From positions 38,626,001-38,690,000 of the forward strand of contig NC_043003.1 of NCBI RefSeq assembly GCF_006345805.1: a stretch of 64,000 bases of DNA, read 5' to 3'. The notes below the pieces were generated by a model that saw only the letters and a program-made list of their open reading frames with translations, ran no database searches and was not told the origin of the DNA. Shown here piece after piece: positions 52,871-64,000 of the stretch; the first letter of the stretch is position 1, and each line of letters begins with the position of its first letter. Source of the stretch: Octopus sinensis. Its lineage: Eukaryota. The position numbers and the translations under genes are program-made.

Positions 52871-53308
52871 TATTTTTGTTATTTTTTACTTGCCCTGTAC
52901 GTGTGAGCTAACAGTCGTACTGGCTTTCATGGAAACATGTATCTTCGTGGTTGAAACTTTTGGATTAACTGGTGTGCTAGAGTGAGCAATATATTGACCA
53001 CTCTCTTATATTTGTTTTGTAAAAGTATTGTTTAATATGTATAAAATATTATAATAATCCAGGTTTCTCGTAGCACTAGGCCACTTGGTGTTGAATAAAT
53101 ATACTATTAAATTAGTATCTAATTCTCTCACCCTTATATTAAAATTTATAATTATGCTGCATTTATTTCTAAATGCTGTATCTGTTTTCCGTGAAAGTTT
53201 GCGCGCTGTTGGTTGGGGCATTTGAATTATAACGTCGGATGTAATCAATTGAACACACGCGTATTTATCGTTATGGTAAAATCTGGCGTGTGATGAGTGG
53301 ATTTCATC

Positions 53309-53404
53309 CAGATAGTCTTGGCTGACGAGCTACAAATGGATTTTTTTGTAAGTAATATTACATTTAATTCATTAATAGCGAAACAATTGTCCCAAAATAA
53401 TCTG
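53309..53404 (+). ncRNA. Type I hammerhead ribozyme, unit 2 (predicted cut after C53391)
   Basis: CTGACGA at 53322-53328, GAAAC at 53380-53384, GTC at 53389-53391. Confidence 0.85.
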
Positions 53405-53839
53405 TATTTTTGTTATTTTTTACTTGCCCTGTACGTGTGAGCTAACAGTCGTACTGGCTTTCATGGGAAACATGTATCTTCGTGGTTGAAACCTTTTGGA
53501 TTAACTGGTGCTAGAGTGAGCAATATATTGACCACTCTCTATATGTGTTTGTAAAAGTATTGTAATATGTTATAAAATATTATAATAATCCAGGTTTCTC
53601 GTAGCACTAGGCCACTTGGTGTTGAATAAATATACTATAAATTAGTATCTAATTCTCTCACCCTTATTAATTAATTATAATTATGCTGCATTATTTCTAA
53701 ATGCTGTATCTGTTTTCCGTGAAAGTTTGGCGCGCTGTTGGTTGGGGCATTTGAATTATAACGTCGGATGTAATCAATTGAACCACACGCGTATTTATCG
53801 TTATGGTAAAATCTGGCGTGTGATTGAGTGGATTTCATC

Positions 53840-53934
53840 CAGATAGTCTTGGCTGACGAGCTACAAATGGATTTTTTGTAAGTAATATTACATTTAATTC
53901 ATTAATAGCGAAACAATTGTCCCAAAATAATCTG
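53840..53934 (+). ncRNA. Type I hammerhead ribozyme, unit 3 (predicted cut after C53921)
   Basis: CTGACGA at 53853-53859, GAAAC at 53910-53914, GTC at 53919-53921. Confidence 0.85.
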
Positions 53935-54111
53935 TATTTTTGTTATTTTTTACTTGCCCTGTACGTGTGAGCTAACAGTCGTACTGGCTTTCATGGGAAA
54001 CATGTATCTTCGTGGTTGAAACCTTTTGGATTAACTGGTGCTAGAGTGAGCAATATATTGACCACTCTCTTATATTTGTTTTATATATATATATATATAC
54101 ACGAGGTGGGG

Positions 54112-54180
<69 letters not shown>

Positions 54181-55077
54181 GGAGAGAGAGAGAAAGAAAG
54201 AGACAGACAGACAGAGAGGCGGGGAGAGAGATACATGTATTTATATGTGCATACACATACTTATATGCTTTGTAAGTGAATTTGATAGAGAGAAACTGTG
54301 GAAGCTCGTCGCATCTGTGTATGTTTGCGTGTGTGGTGTGTCTGTCCCCACCCCACAGCACGCCATCAAGTGATGGTTTGTTTACGTCTCCATAACTTAA
54401 CGGTTCAGCGGAAGAAACTGACAGAATAAATTATCAGACTTTAAAAAAAATAAATACCGGGGTCAATTTGTTCGACTAAGCCCTTCAAATTGGTACCCAA
54501 CATGACCACAGGCGAATGACCGAAGGAAGTATAAATAATATATATATATATTATTAATTTATATGTATCTATACGTGTATAAATATATATATATATGTAT
54601 GTATGGATCTTTTCTTTTTGAAAAGAACAGATCCCATGTGTGTGTGTGTGTGTGTGTGTGTGTCTGCTTAGTCCCCACTACCACTTGACAACCGGTGTTG
54701 GTGCGTTTACGACCCGTAACGTAGCGGTTCGGCAAAAGAGACCGATAGAATAAGTACCAGGTTTAAAAAATAATAAGTACTACCGCCAATTCGTTCGACT
54801 AAAATTCTTCAAGGTGTTGCCCCAGTATGGCCTCAGTCTAATACCTGAAACCAATATATATATATATATATATATACATCATATAATTAAGGGCTAAAGA
54901 GGTTTATTCTAAAGCCAAATACACTGTTTTATCCACTTATAATCCGCTTGTTACAGGAAAATTGAAACTGAAAACGGGCAACTAACCTATATATATATAC
55001 TTTACTTTGATAGGTTTCGGCCATTATTGGCCCAGGCCATGTTTAACTTAATAGCACATATATATATATATATATAT

Positions 55078-55237
55078 ACCGGAGTAAACACATAAATGTG
55101 AAACAAGGTGGAAAAAAGAGTACTCAAATACCAGTGGTAGAATAATATGCTTTATTTAAAGCAGCAGAAAATTCAACAAAACCTGTTACTTCTGAGTTTC
55201 CCGTTGCCGTTCATCGGACATTTTTTGCTAGAATAGA

Positions 55238-55242
<5 letters not shown>
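55078..55242 (-). mobile_element. pLTR-type fragment in (TA)n with degenerate hammerhead (55184-55220)
   Basis: Minus strand TGT-CCGATGA-ACG-GCAA-CGG-GAAAC-TCAGAA-GTA-ACA. Confidence 0.5.
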
Positions 55243-55285
<43 letters not shown>

Positions 55286-56094
55286 TATATATATATAGGG
55301 GTTAGCCATATTCAAATGGCAAATATACGTCACGATGTGTTACCGCTACTGTTTATAACTCGCTCTGAGATTTATCATTATATATTTATATATTTATATA
55401 TATATATATTAACACACACAATTATATATACACATAAATACACACACACATACACAAAGACAATGTCGAGATGCCCTGACATTTCTAACATTATCACAAG
55501 GTCACACATCAATTCGGACGGGCTAGTCGACAACATCAGCATCGCTATTTTATAGATACTTTATTTCAACAATGATCAGAAAGGCGAAGTCGACTTTTGT
55601 GGTATTTGAACGCAGAAATAAAGAGCCACCATTCTATTCACTTGACCCAATTTTAGTTATTTGGTTTAGGGTGAAGCTATTGTTTATTTATTATATGTGT
55701 GGAAGATTCTTTCAGCCGGTCAGTCAAGTGGGAAGGCTGCCGCGAAGTAAGTAGACGGACGACAAGCTGCTCGATTGGTAAATCTGTTGCAATATGGTGT
55801 GATATCACTAGGATAGGAAAGAAATCGTACGATTTTCTGTTTGTTTTATTATATTGTTGCTGTCAGATACTTGCTGATTTCACTACCTGAATGTATTTCA
55901 TCAGAATATCGTATGATGTGTGGTCTGACTCCAACTGCGCGCGGAAACAGACAATACGTGATGTGTGTGTATGCGCGCACGTCTGTATATATATGAACAT
56001 ATGTGTGAGTGTATATATGTTTATATATATATATATATATATATACATACATACATACATACATACATACATACATACACACACATATATAATT

Positions 56095-56430
56095 TTATTC
56101 TTTACTTGTTTCAGACCTCGGCCATGCCGGAGCACCGCCTTTAGTCAAACAAATTGACCCCAGGACTTATTCTTTGTAAGCCTAGTACTTATTGTATCGG
56201 AATCTTTTATCGAACTGCTAGGTTACGGGGACGTAAACACACGAACATTGATATACATACATACATGTATGTATATATATATATGAGTGTCTCAATTTCC
56301 GCCTATCAAATCTATTCATAAGGCTTTTTGGCCGACGCAAGGCTATAGTTGAAGACCCTCGCCTAATGTGTCACACAGTGGGACTGAACCCGGCACCAGG
56401 TGGTTGGGAAGCAAACTTCTTACCATCCAC
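56095..56430 (-). mobile_element. SINE family A
   Basis: Reverse-complement tail and head motifs. Confidence 0.8.
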
Positions 56431-59400
56431 GCATTTCTGTCCTCTTAACTTCCTAGTCTTGTATCTCATGTTAGGGTAGAAATCATTTAAGTGTCGGGAA
56501 AAAAATGCCTTGCGGTATTTATTCCGGCTGGCTCACGATGTGAGTTCAAAATCCGCCGAAGTCAACTTTGTCTTTCATCCGTTCCAAATCAATATAATAA
56601 ATCGTTAATTTGGTTTGGCGGAGTTGGTGGTATTGACTGATACCTGAATTGCAAACAATTACAAGGACCGTGAATTAGGGAAAAATGTAGAGATTTTTTT
56701 TTAATTTACGGCTCGTATGTCTGTGTTGTTAAAAACCAAGGTGACAGGTTCAATCCTCCTACACGTTACCTTGAGAAAATGTCTTCAATCATAGTCTTCT
56801 TGTGAATACGGTTTAATGCATAGAAACTATGCAGAAACTATTTTCCTTCTCACGTTCTCTTCCATTTCTTTTTTTTTTCTTCTCTCTGTCTTTCTATTTC
56901 TTTCCTCGCTTTCTCTTTCTTTTGTGCGCTGAAAGTCATACGTCGTGGAAAAAAGCGATCAACAAAAACCGGTGTACACGATTAAAGATACCTTATTTTA
57001 TTTGTGCCACGCAGGTTGCACAGATACGATGCTTTCGCTACGGTAAATCCCGAGTACCTGACAACCTAAAGTATGTGTCTACGCTGTTGTCCGATCAGCT
57101 AGAAATAACAACCTAATTTCCTTCAAATCACTCACATACAATCTTAAAAATTGGTAAGATGTGTGTATCTATGATAATATAGAAATCTTTCGGTTTGAGT
57201 TAAAGAGCTTAATCTTTTTGAAGTTTTTCTACACAGGCTTAGGTACGGGCGGCGTAGTTAAGAAGCTCACTTAGCAATCACGTGGTTTCGATTTCAGTCC
57301 CACTGCGTAGTACTTTGGTTTGGTAGACAGAAACTGTGTGGAAGCCCGTCGTATGTATGTATGTATGTATGTATGTATGTACGTACGTACGTACATATGT
57401 ATGTACGTACGTATGTGTCTGATTTCTGTCTCTCTATACGTCACTAAGTGATTGAGGGCACTAATCAGCACCAATATTGCTAGAAATAAGAGTTAAAACA
57501 ACTCTTAGTTCGACTACATTCTTAAAGGTGGTGCCCCAGCATGGCTGCAGTTCAGAAACTGAAGCAAGTAAAAAATAAAAGATTTAATGTAGCATGCTAA
57601 TTACGAAAATTGTATTGGAGGATTAAATAATGAAAAAAGTTTTGAACCTTTAAACATTGAATATTTTTAGTCAAATAGCTCCATTATCGACAAGTCGGAA
57701 ATCGCAGTTGCCATGAAATTGGCAATGCACTTCATTATCGGAAAAATATCTACGATGGTGAACAGTGTAGTTGATGATGGTGATGGTAGAGATGCTAGGC
57801 GCGATGGTGGAGGAGTAGGTGATGATGTAAGAAGCGATGGTGGGCAATGGTGATGGTAGTGGTGATGATGCTAATTGGGATGGTGGTGGTGGTGACGAAG
57901 ATGTCGGCGATGGTTATAATAGTGATGATGGTGGTGATGATAAATTTTTTATTCTTTTACTTGTTTCAGTCATTTGACTGCTGCCATGCTGGAGCAACGC
58001 CTTTTACTTGAAGAAATCCACTCCAGGACTTGTTTTTTGTAAACCTAGTACTTATTCTATCGGTTGAAACAATATGAATAAATAAGCATTACATTTGACA
58101 AAGAAATTTGAACGCTAGAGAGTAAGTTTTTTTTTTTTATTCAAAATTATGATTTTCATTGAGATGTTCCTGTAGATTTATAACAGTATTGTTTATCACA
58201 GTTGTCATGTTTGTTATGAGTTGAGAGAGAAATGTGAAGGATTGTTTGGACATCTAGTTTAACCTCCTGTATGTCAGAGGAGACAGAGAAATCGGGAAGA
58301 GAGAGAGGTGGAAAAGGGAAAAAGAAGTAGGACAGAGAAGGTGCAGGAAGATAGATAGATAGAGAGAGGGAGAGAGAGAGAGAGAGAGCAGGAGTGGTGG
58401 AAGAAATTGGGATTTCAAAATATATCTAATTTGTCTGCGAGATAATCAAGCAGGAAGTGGTTTAAACATTTGTCATTGTACAGAATTTTAAGCAGATATA
58501 ATTGATTGACATTTAAGCATGTAATGTATGTTTGACTTTTATGAATACACCAAATTTATAAACAGAAAAGAAAGAGAAATGATGATTCATGATAATTTCA
58601 TTTTTTAATTTATGTATTCAAAAGAAGTGTTGATAGAAACACTTAAGGACATTGGTTTTTAAACTGAGGGACCATAGGCGTCCCCACTCCAATCTTAATG
58701 AGTTTTTCTCTTTTTCGTGTTTTTGGACACTACTTTGATAAAAAGACACTACTAAGATAAAATGGAATTGGCATCCATATCATTCTTCATACTTCACCAT
58801 TGTGTTGGACAAGCTTAAAATTTTTTGAACCATTTTGATTCTATTAAACAGCAATTTCTCCACTTCTTTTCTATCCACAAAGGCACCATGCAGTGGAGAG
58901 GAGGCAGATGACTGCATTGAGCTCCAAAATCTGCTTTGGCATGGTCTCTATGCTATACACTTTACCAAGTTTACCAGATGCTGTTTTTACATGGCACAAG
59001 CACTGGTAAGGTTGCCAAATAACTCACACAACAAGGCTATACAACAGAATGAGGATACAATATTGAGGCAGGTGAATTTGAGTCAGATGTTGAAAGGCTG
59101 AAGTATGATTGAGGGACATGAATAAGACTCTTGCTGTTGAGTAGTGACATGAGATACATGGTTATTCCAGCAGGGAAATAAGAAAGGACAGTGGAGATGA
59201 GGTGTCAGGTTGTACAATCAAGGTACAAGAATACAAGAAGGTGGATATAAAGAAAGAATATGAATAGAAAATTGAAGATGGCAGTAGGGGTAGGTTCAGG
59301 AGAGTGTAAAAGAAGAGTGACAGATGGCTAGAGATGAAGTTAGAGGTGAATGCATGGAATGGTGAACATGAGTTCTCTTCATCCGACAGAAGATCATTGC

Positions 59401-59695
59401 TACATATTGTTGTCATTCTCTGTGAAGATTGAACCAATGCTTACCTAATTGACACCTTAGTACTTCAACCCAATCTATGACCATTGGTTTAAATATAGCT
59501 GTAAAATCTATTCCCAAGGCACCAAGAGAGTCGTTAGTACTAATGCAGAATAGGGTGGGACTGCTTACAACTTCACTTCTCAACTCTCTTCTATAAATTC
59601 AAAATCAAAGTATCTAAGGCCCTTTCCAAGCCACAGGCTCATTAGACTGGTTTCCCATATACTATGATATATATACATATATATATATATATATG

Positions 59696-61011
59696 GCAGA
59701 TGCTCGGGAGCAATAAACACTGAAAATGCGCAGAGACCAACTTCCGCCACATTCCAGGGAGAAAAACTAGAAGTAGTTGATAGCTTCCATTACCTAGGGG
59801 CCCAAGTCAGTAGCAGAGATGGGTGCGCTGAAAGTGTTGCTGCTAGAATAAGAATAGTTCAGAGAGCTCTTACCTCTGCTGGTGACAAAGGGCCCCTCGC
59901 TCAGAGTAAAAGGTAGACTGTATGACGCTTGTGTACAAACAGCCATGCTACATGGCAGTGAAACATGAGCTGTGACTGCTGAGGGCATGCGTAAGCTTGC
60001 AAAGAATGAAGCCAGTATGATCCGATGGATGTGTAATGTCAGTGTGCATACTCGACAGAGTGTAAGTACCTTGAGAGAAAAGTTGGACCTAAGAAGAATC
60101 AGATGTGGTGTGCAAGAGAGATGACTGCGCTGGTATGGTCATGTGGCAAGAATGGACGAGGACAGCTGTGTGAAAAAGTGCCACACCCTAGCGGTTGAGG
60201 GAAGCTGTGGAAGAGGTAGACCCAGGAAAACCTGGGATGAAGTGGTGAAGCACGACCTTCGAACTTTAGGCCTCACCAAGGAAATGACTAGTGACTGAGA
60301 CCTTTGGAAATATGCCGTGCGTCAGAAGACCCGGCAAGCCAAATGAAACCATAATCTCAGGGGCGTAACCAGCCCACTTATGTGTACCTTTTCCTTCTTT
60401 GGACACTAAAACTCTGCTTGCGAAGACCTGTTCAGGCAAGTGAAATCAAATTAATCAAAAGCAAAATCAAAATCAAATTCGATGACTGGCGTCCATGCTA
60501 GCCGGGTGCAAAGAGCACCATACGAGCATGATCATTGACAGAGCAGCTAACCAGCTTCTGTGCCAGTGGCACTCAAAGGGTACCATTCGAGAGTGATCGT
60601 TACCAGCGTCGCCTTACTGGCACCATGCTAGTAGGATGCCAAGAGCATCATCCGACCGTGATCATTGCCAGAGCAGCCAACTGGCTTCTGTGCCAGTGGT
60701 ACGTAAAAGGGCACCATTCGAGCATGATCATTACCAAAGTCGCCTTACTGGCACCTGTGCTGGGGGCATGTGTTAAAGGATTCGAGCAAGGTCGTTGCCA
60801 GTACCGCCTGGCTGGCCCCCGTGCCGGTGGCATGTAAAAAGCACCCACTACACTTTCGGAGTGGTTGGCGTTAGGAAGGGCATCAAGTTGTAGAAACTCT
60901 GCCAAATCGAGATTGGAGCCCGGTGCAACCTTCTTGTTCGCTAGCCCTCAGTCAAAATCGTCCAACCCATGCTAGCATGGAAAGCGGACGTTAAGCGATG
61001 ATGATGATGAT
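59696..61011 (+). mobile_element. 5'-truncated RTE LINE with tandem-repeat 3' UTR and (GAT)n tail
   Basis: GEKLEVVDSFHYLG...VKGRLYDACVQTAMLHGSET*...LRWYGHVARM...GRGRPRKTW; tail CCAACCCATGCTAGCATGGAAAGCGGACGTTAAGCGATGATGATG. Confidence 0.9.
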
Positions 61012-62263
61012 ATATATATATATATATATTTTTTTTTTTTTCTAGTTTCAGCTCAGAGCTGCGGCCATGCTGATGCACCGCCGTTGATGAAAGGCAAAGT
61101 CGACCCTGGCGACATTTGAACTCAAAACGTAGCAATGAGTGAAATATCGCTAATCATTTCATCTGACGTGCTAACGATTCTGCCAGCGTGCCACCTTCAA
61201 GCAGTATCATTGTTGGGCACAAGGCCTAATGAAGAGCCCTCCACAGGAGCTAGCTTTGAAGCTAGTATATATATATATATATATAATAGTAGATACTATA
61301 TTTGATGGCATAAAAGGTACTTGGGCATATTAGACACACACCTATTTCTGTAGAACATATTCAGCGTCAGAAACAAAATTAGCTTATGGGAGGGTCGATT
61401 TTGAGTTATTGAAAAATTAGCATATTTTTAAAAAAATAATAAACACTGAGTTTAATTACTCAGGGATGTCATCCTCATGAAAAAGAAATATTAGAATTAA
61501 CATATTTGATAAAGTGTTAATCCAAAACGTAATCAGAAATAATTATGTAGCAATGAAATGACAGTAGTAGCTCAATTATGAACATTATTATAATTAATTA
61601 TTTAGTCAAGTATGAGAGACAGCTCTAGTAATTGATTTGGTGAGATTAATTGATGATCAGCAGTGATTGTTTGAGTATTAGCTGTGATATGATGAGAACT
61701 AACAATGTTTGGTCAAGAAATCTGATTGAGCAAAGGTTACCTGTGAATCCCTACATAACAAACTCATTGTTAGACCAACGACTTGGGTTGAATAATTGTT
61801 ATGACTGGTTGAACATTTGATGTTATCTTTTAAAAAATAGCTAAAATTGGTTAAAAGGAATTATATAATTTTTAAACAACTGATTTCAGTTGGTTGCTTG
61901 GTTGGTTGACTGTTGTTACAGTTTGACAGTTAGCTGTGATCAGCTGGGTAAGATTATGATGAATTTGCTGCCATATGTAGTTCGACTCAGGCAGCCTAAT
62001 TGAGAGAGTTGTTAGGGTGTTGGATAGATAGCTTCACGGTACCATGGCTTTCACAAATATACCTTTTAGCCTTTCTCTCTCACTCCTTCTCTTTCTGGAA
62101 GAAATTAACTGTATTCAGTCCTGAACAGAGATAGATTTCTCTGGAATGAAACAACTGGATGTGGTGATTTGGCATAGCTGACTGGATATTGGACTTATTT
62201 GGCAACAGTACTTTTTGGCACTGAAGGCAAACATACACCTACACATGCATGTTGCCCACATAC

Positions 62264-62361
<98 letters not shown>

Positions 62362-62959
62362 AAAGAGACAGAGAGGGAAAGAGAGAGTGAGAAAGAAGGA
62401 GGAGAGAGAGATATTACAATTTATTAATTGAACATGATTAATATAAACATTTTTCCTCTCCTCATACACATAAAAGAGAAATAAACTGACACACATAAAG
62501 AAAGGGAGATAGATAGAGAGAGAGAGAGAGAGAAGGTGAGAGAATAGGAAAAGTATGAAACTGTCTGGTGTCAAATAAGTCAATATAGAATCAACAATGC
62601 CAAAATAGATGAGGCCAAAACATTTCCTACCCAGACTCTGCTAGGTCTAAAAAATGTCCAAAAACATATTTTATGTCACGACGGCACCTCTGTGACTCCA
62701 TCAAGAGTGTGTAGGGGTAGGGGTGAGCTATGGCAAGGTAAGGCAAGGCAAGGCAAGGCAAAAAAGTTGGCTAGACATAACTGAATAATTCAGGGGTTAA
62801 CAACTATCAACTAATTAGACCACTAATGACCTTTAGCAGGAATCATAGAAGTTTAATGGTAGCACAGAAATTAGTTCCATTAAAAAGGCTGTAACTTTCC
62901 TTCTCCACTGCACCCCACAGTTTCTTCAGCAAATGCAGCTAAATGCTTTGTAGAAATAT

Positions 62960-62995
<36 letters not shown>

Positions 62996-63439
62996 CTTCA
63001 TGAAAGTTAAATTGGTACAACTTATAAACAAACATGAGGGAAAAGACTTCATTTGATTTTCAATAATGTAGTTGTATAGTTGCAGAGTAACAAATGTACT
63101 GGATAACTTGGTAGAGTGGGAAAAAAGAGAGAGAGAGAGAGAGTGGGAAGGAAGGGAGGGAAAGAGAGAAGAAATATCAGAATAAAGGACTTGGAAAGTA
63201 GATAAGTTGGTGAATATATGAATATATAAAAAGAAAACAAAACAAGAAATACATCAAAGGATGTTATTATTGTTGTTGAGTTGTTTTTTTAGTAAGCTGA
63301 ACTTAATGAGAGAGAGAGAGAGAGAGAGAAAGAGAGACAGATAGACAGAGGGGAGAGAGAGAGAGAAATGACATTGGTTTTTTTCCACTGTTGTTCATGG
63401 ATGCTGAGGCAGACAATAAACAGATATAACTGATAGAGT

Positions 63440-64000
63440 GCTTTTCATTCACTCATCAACCATCATCTCAATCATTGCCAACACTGCTAGCACACAGTTT
63501 TCACAATCACCACCATCATTGCAATCAATAACACCACTGCTAATGCTGTCCTCATCATCACCGCCGTCATCTCTGTCAATACCACCACTACCAACACACT
63601 GTCATTATCATCAGCACCACCATCATCTCTATAAATACCACCACTACCAACAGTCATCATCATCATCATCACAATCACCACCATCATCTCTATCAGTACC
63701 TATTTCTTTACTACCCACAAGGGGCTAAACACAGAGAGAACAAACAAGGACAGACAAAGGGATTAAGTCGATTACATCGACCCCAGTGCGTAACTGGTAC
63801 TTATTTAATCGACCCTGAAAGGATGAAAGGCTAAGTCGACCTCGGCGGAATTTGAACTCAGAATGTAGCTGCAGACAAAATACTGCTAAGCACCTCGCCC
63901 GGCATGCTAACATTTCTGCCATCTTGCCGCCCTATCTCTGGCAGTACCACCACTACCGACCAACACACTGTTATCATCACTATCATCTCTCTCAATACAA
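63440..64000. repeat. Degenerate CAT/CAC-rich minisatellite interrupted by a SINE
   Basis: Recurring ATCTCT-TCA(A/G)TACCACCACTACC-ACA units. Confidence 0.7.
63697..63931 (-). mobile_element. SINE family B full copy
   Basis: Reverse complement of 33905-34136. Confidence 0.9.

Larger units (their letters stand above)
52358..54082 (+). mobile_element. Retrozyme-like / PLE-pLTR tandem array: inverted partial unit plus about 2.5 direct 530-534 bp units
   Basis: ATCTGGCGTGTGA at 52747, 53281 and 53811; 52358-52745 is the reverse complement of 52760-53150; (TA)n flanks; one hammerhead per unit. Confidence 0.88.

Noticed and set aside
52745-54082. CRISPR or plain satellite interpretation; ORF 53006-53248
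   Set aside because: No repeat-spacer structure and the context is eukaryotic. The ORF is not preserved in unit 2 because of indels.
61223-61265. CCTAATGAAGAGC hammerhead-like start
   Set aside because: No GAAA/NUH half; too short to support.

Overview
This is AT-rich, microsatellite-saturated eukaryotic DNA, not prokaryotic. The two dominant tRNA-derived SINE families look like those of octopod cephalopods; this is recognition from memory, not a database result. No host gene can be called with confidence, and almost all ORFs in the track are microsatellite or SINE read-throughs. Recognisable content: a 5'-truncated Neptune-type Penelope-like element (RT + GIY-YIG, minus strand, about 20.9-23.5 kb); RTE and R4/Dong LINE fragments; DD34D mariner and DD41D Tc1/mariner relics; several MITEs; solo-LTR-like units; a U6 snRNA retrocopy fused to a SINE 3' tail; and a 100-N gap. 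The most striking signal is a ribozyme system. At 52358-54082 a non-coding 530-534 bp unit is repeated head-to-tail about 2.5 times and preceded by an inverted copy. Each copy carries an intact-looking type I hammerhead ribozyme with an unusually long stem II insertion, so the locus is a candidate large retrozyme that could yield about 530-nt circular RNA. At least eight more hammerhead-like motifs from several Penelope pLTR-type families, and several head-to-head inverted insertions, lie mostly in or beside (TA)n tracts across the window.
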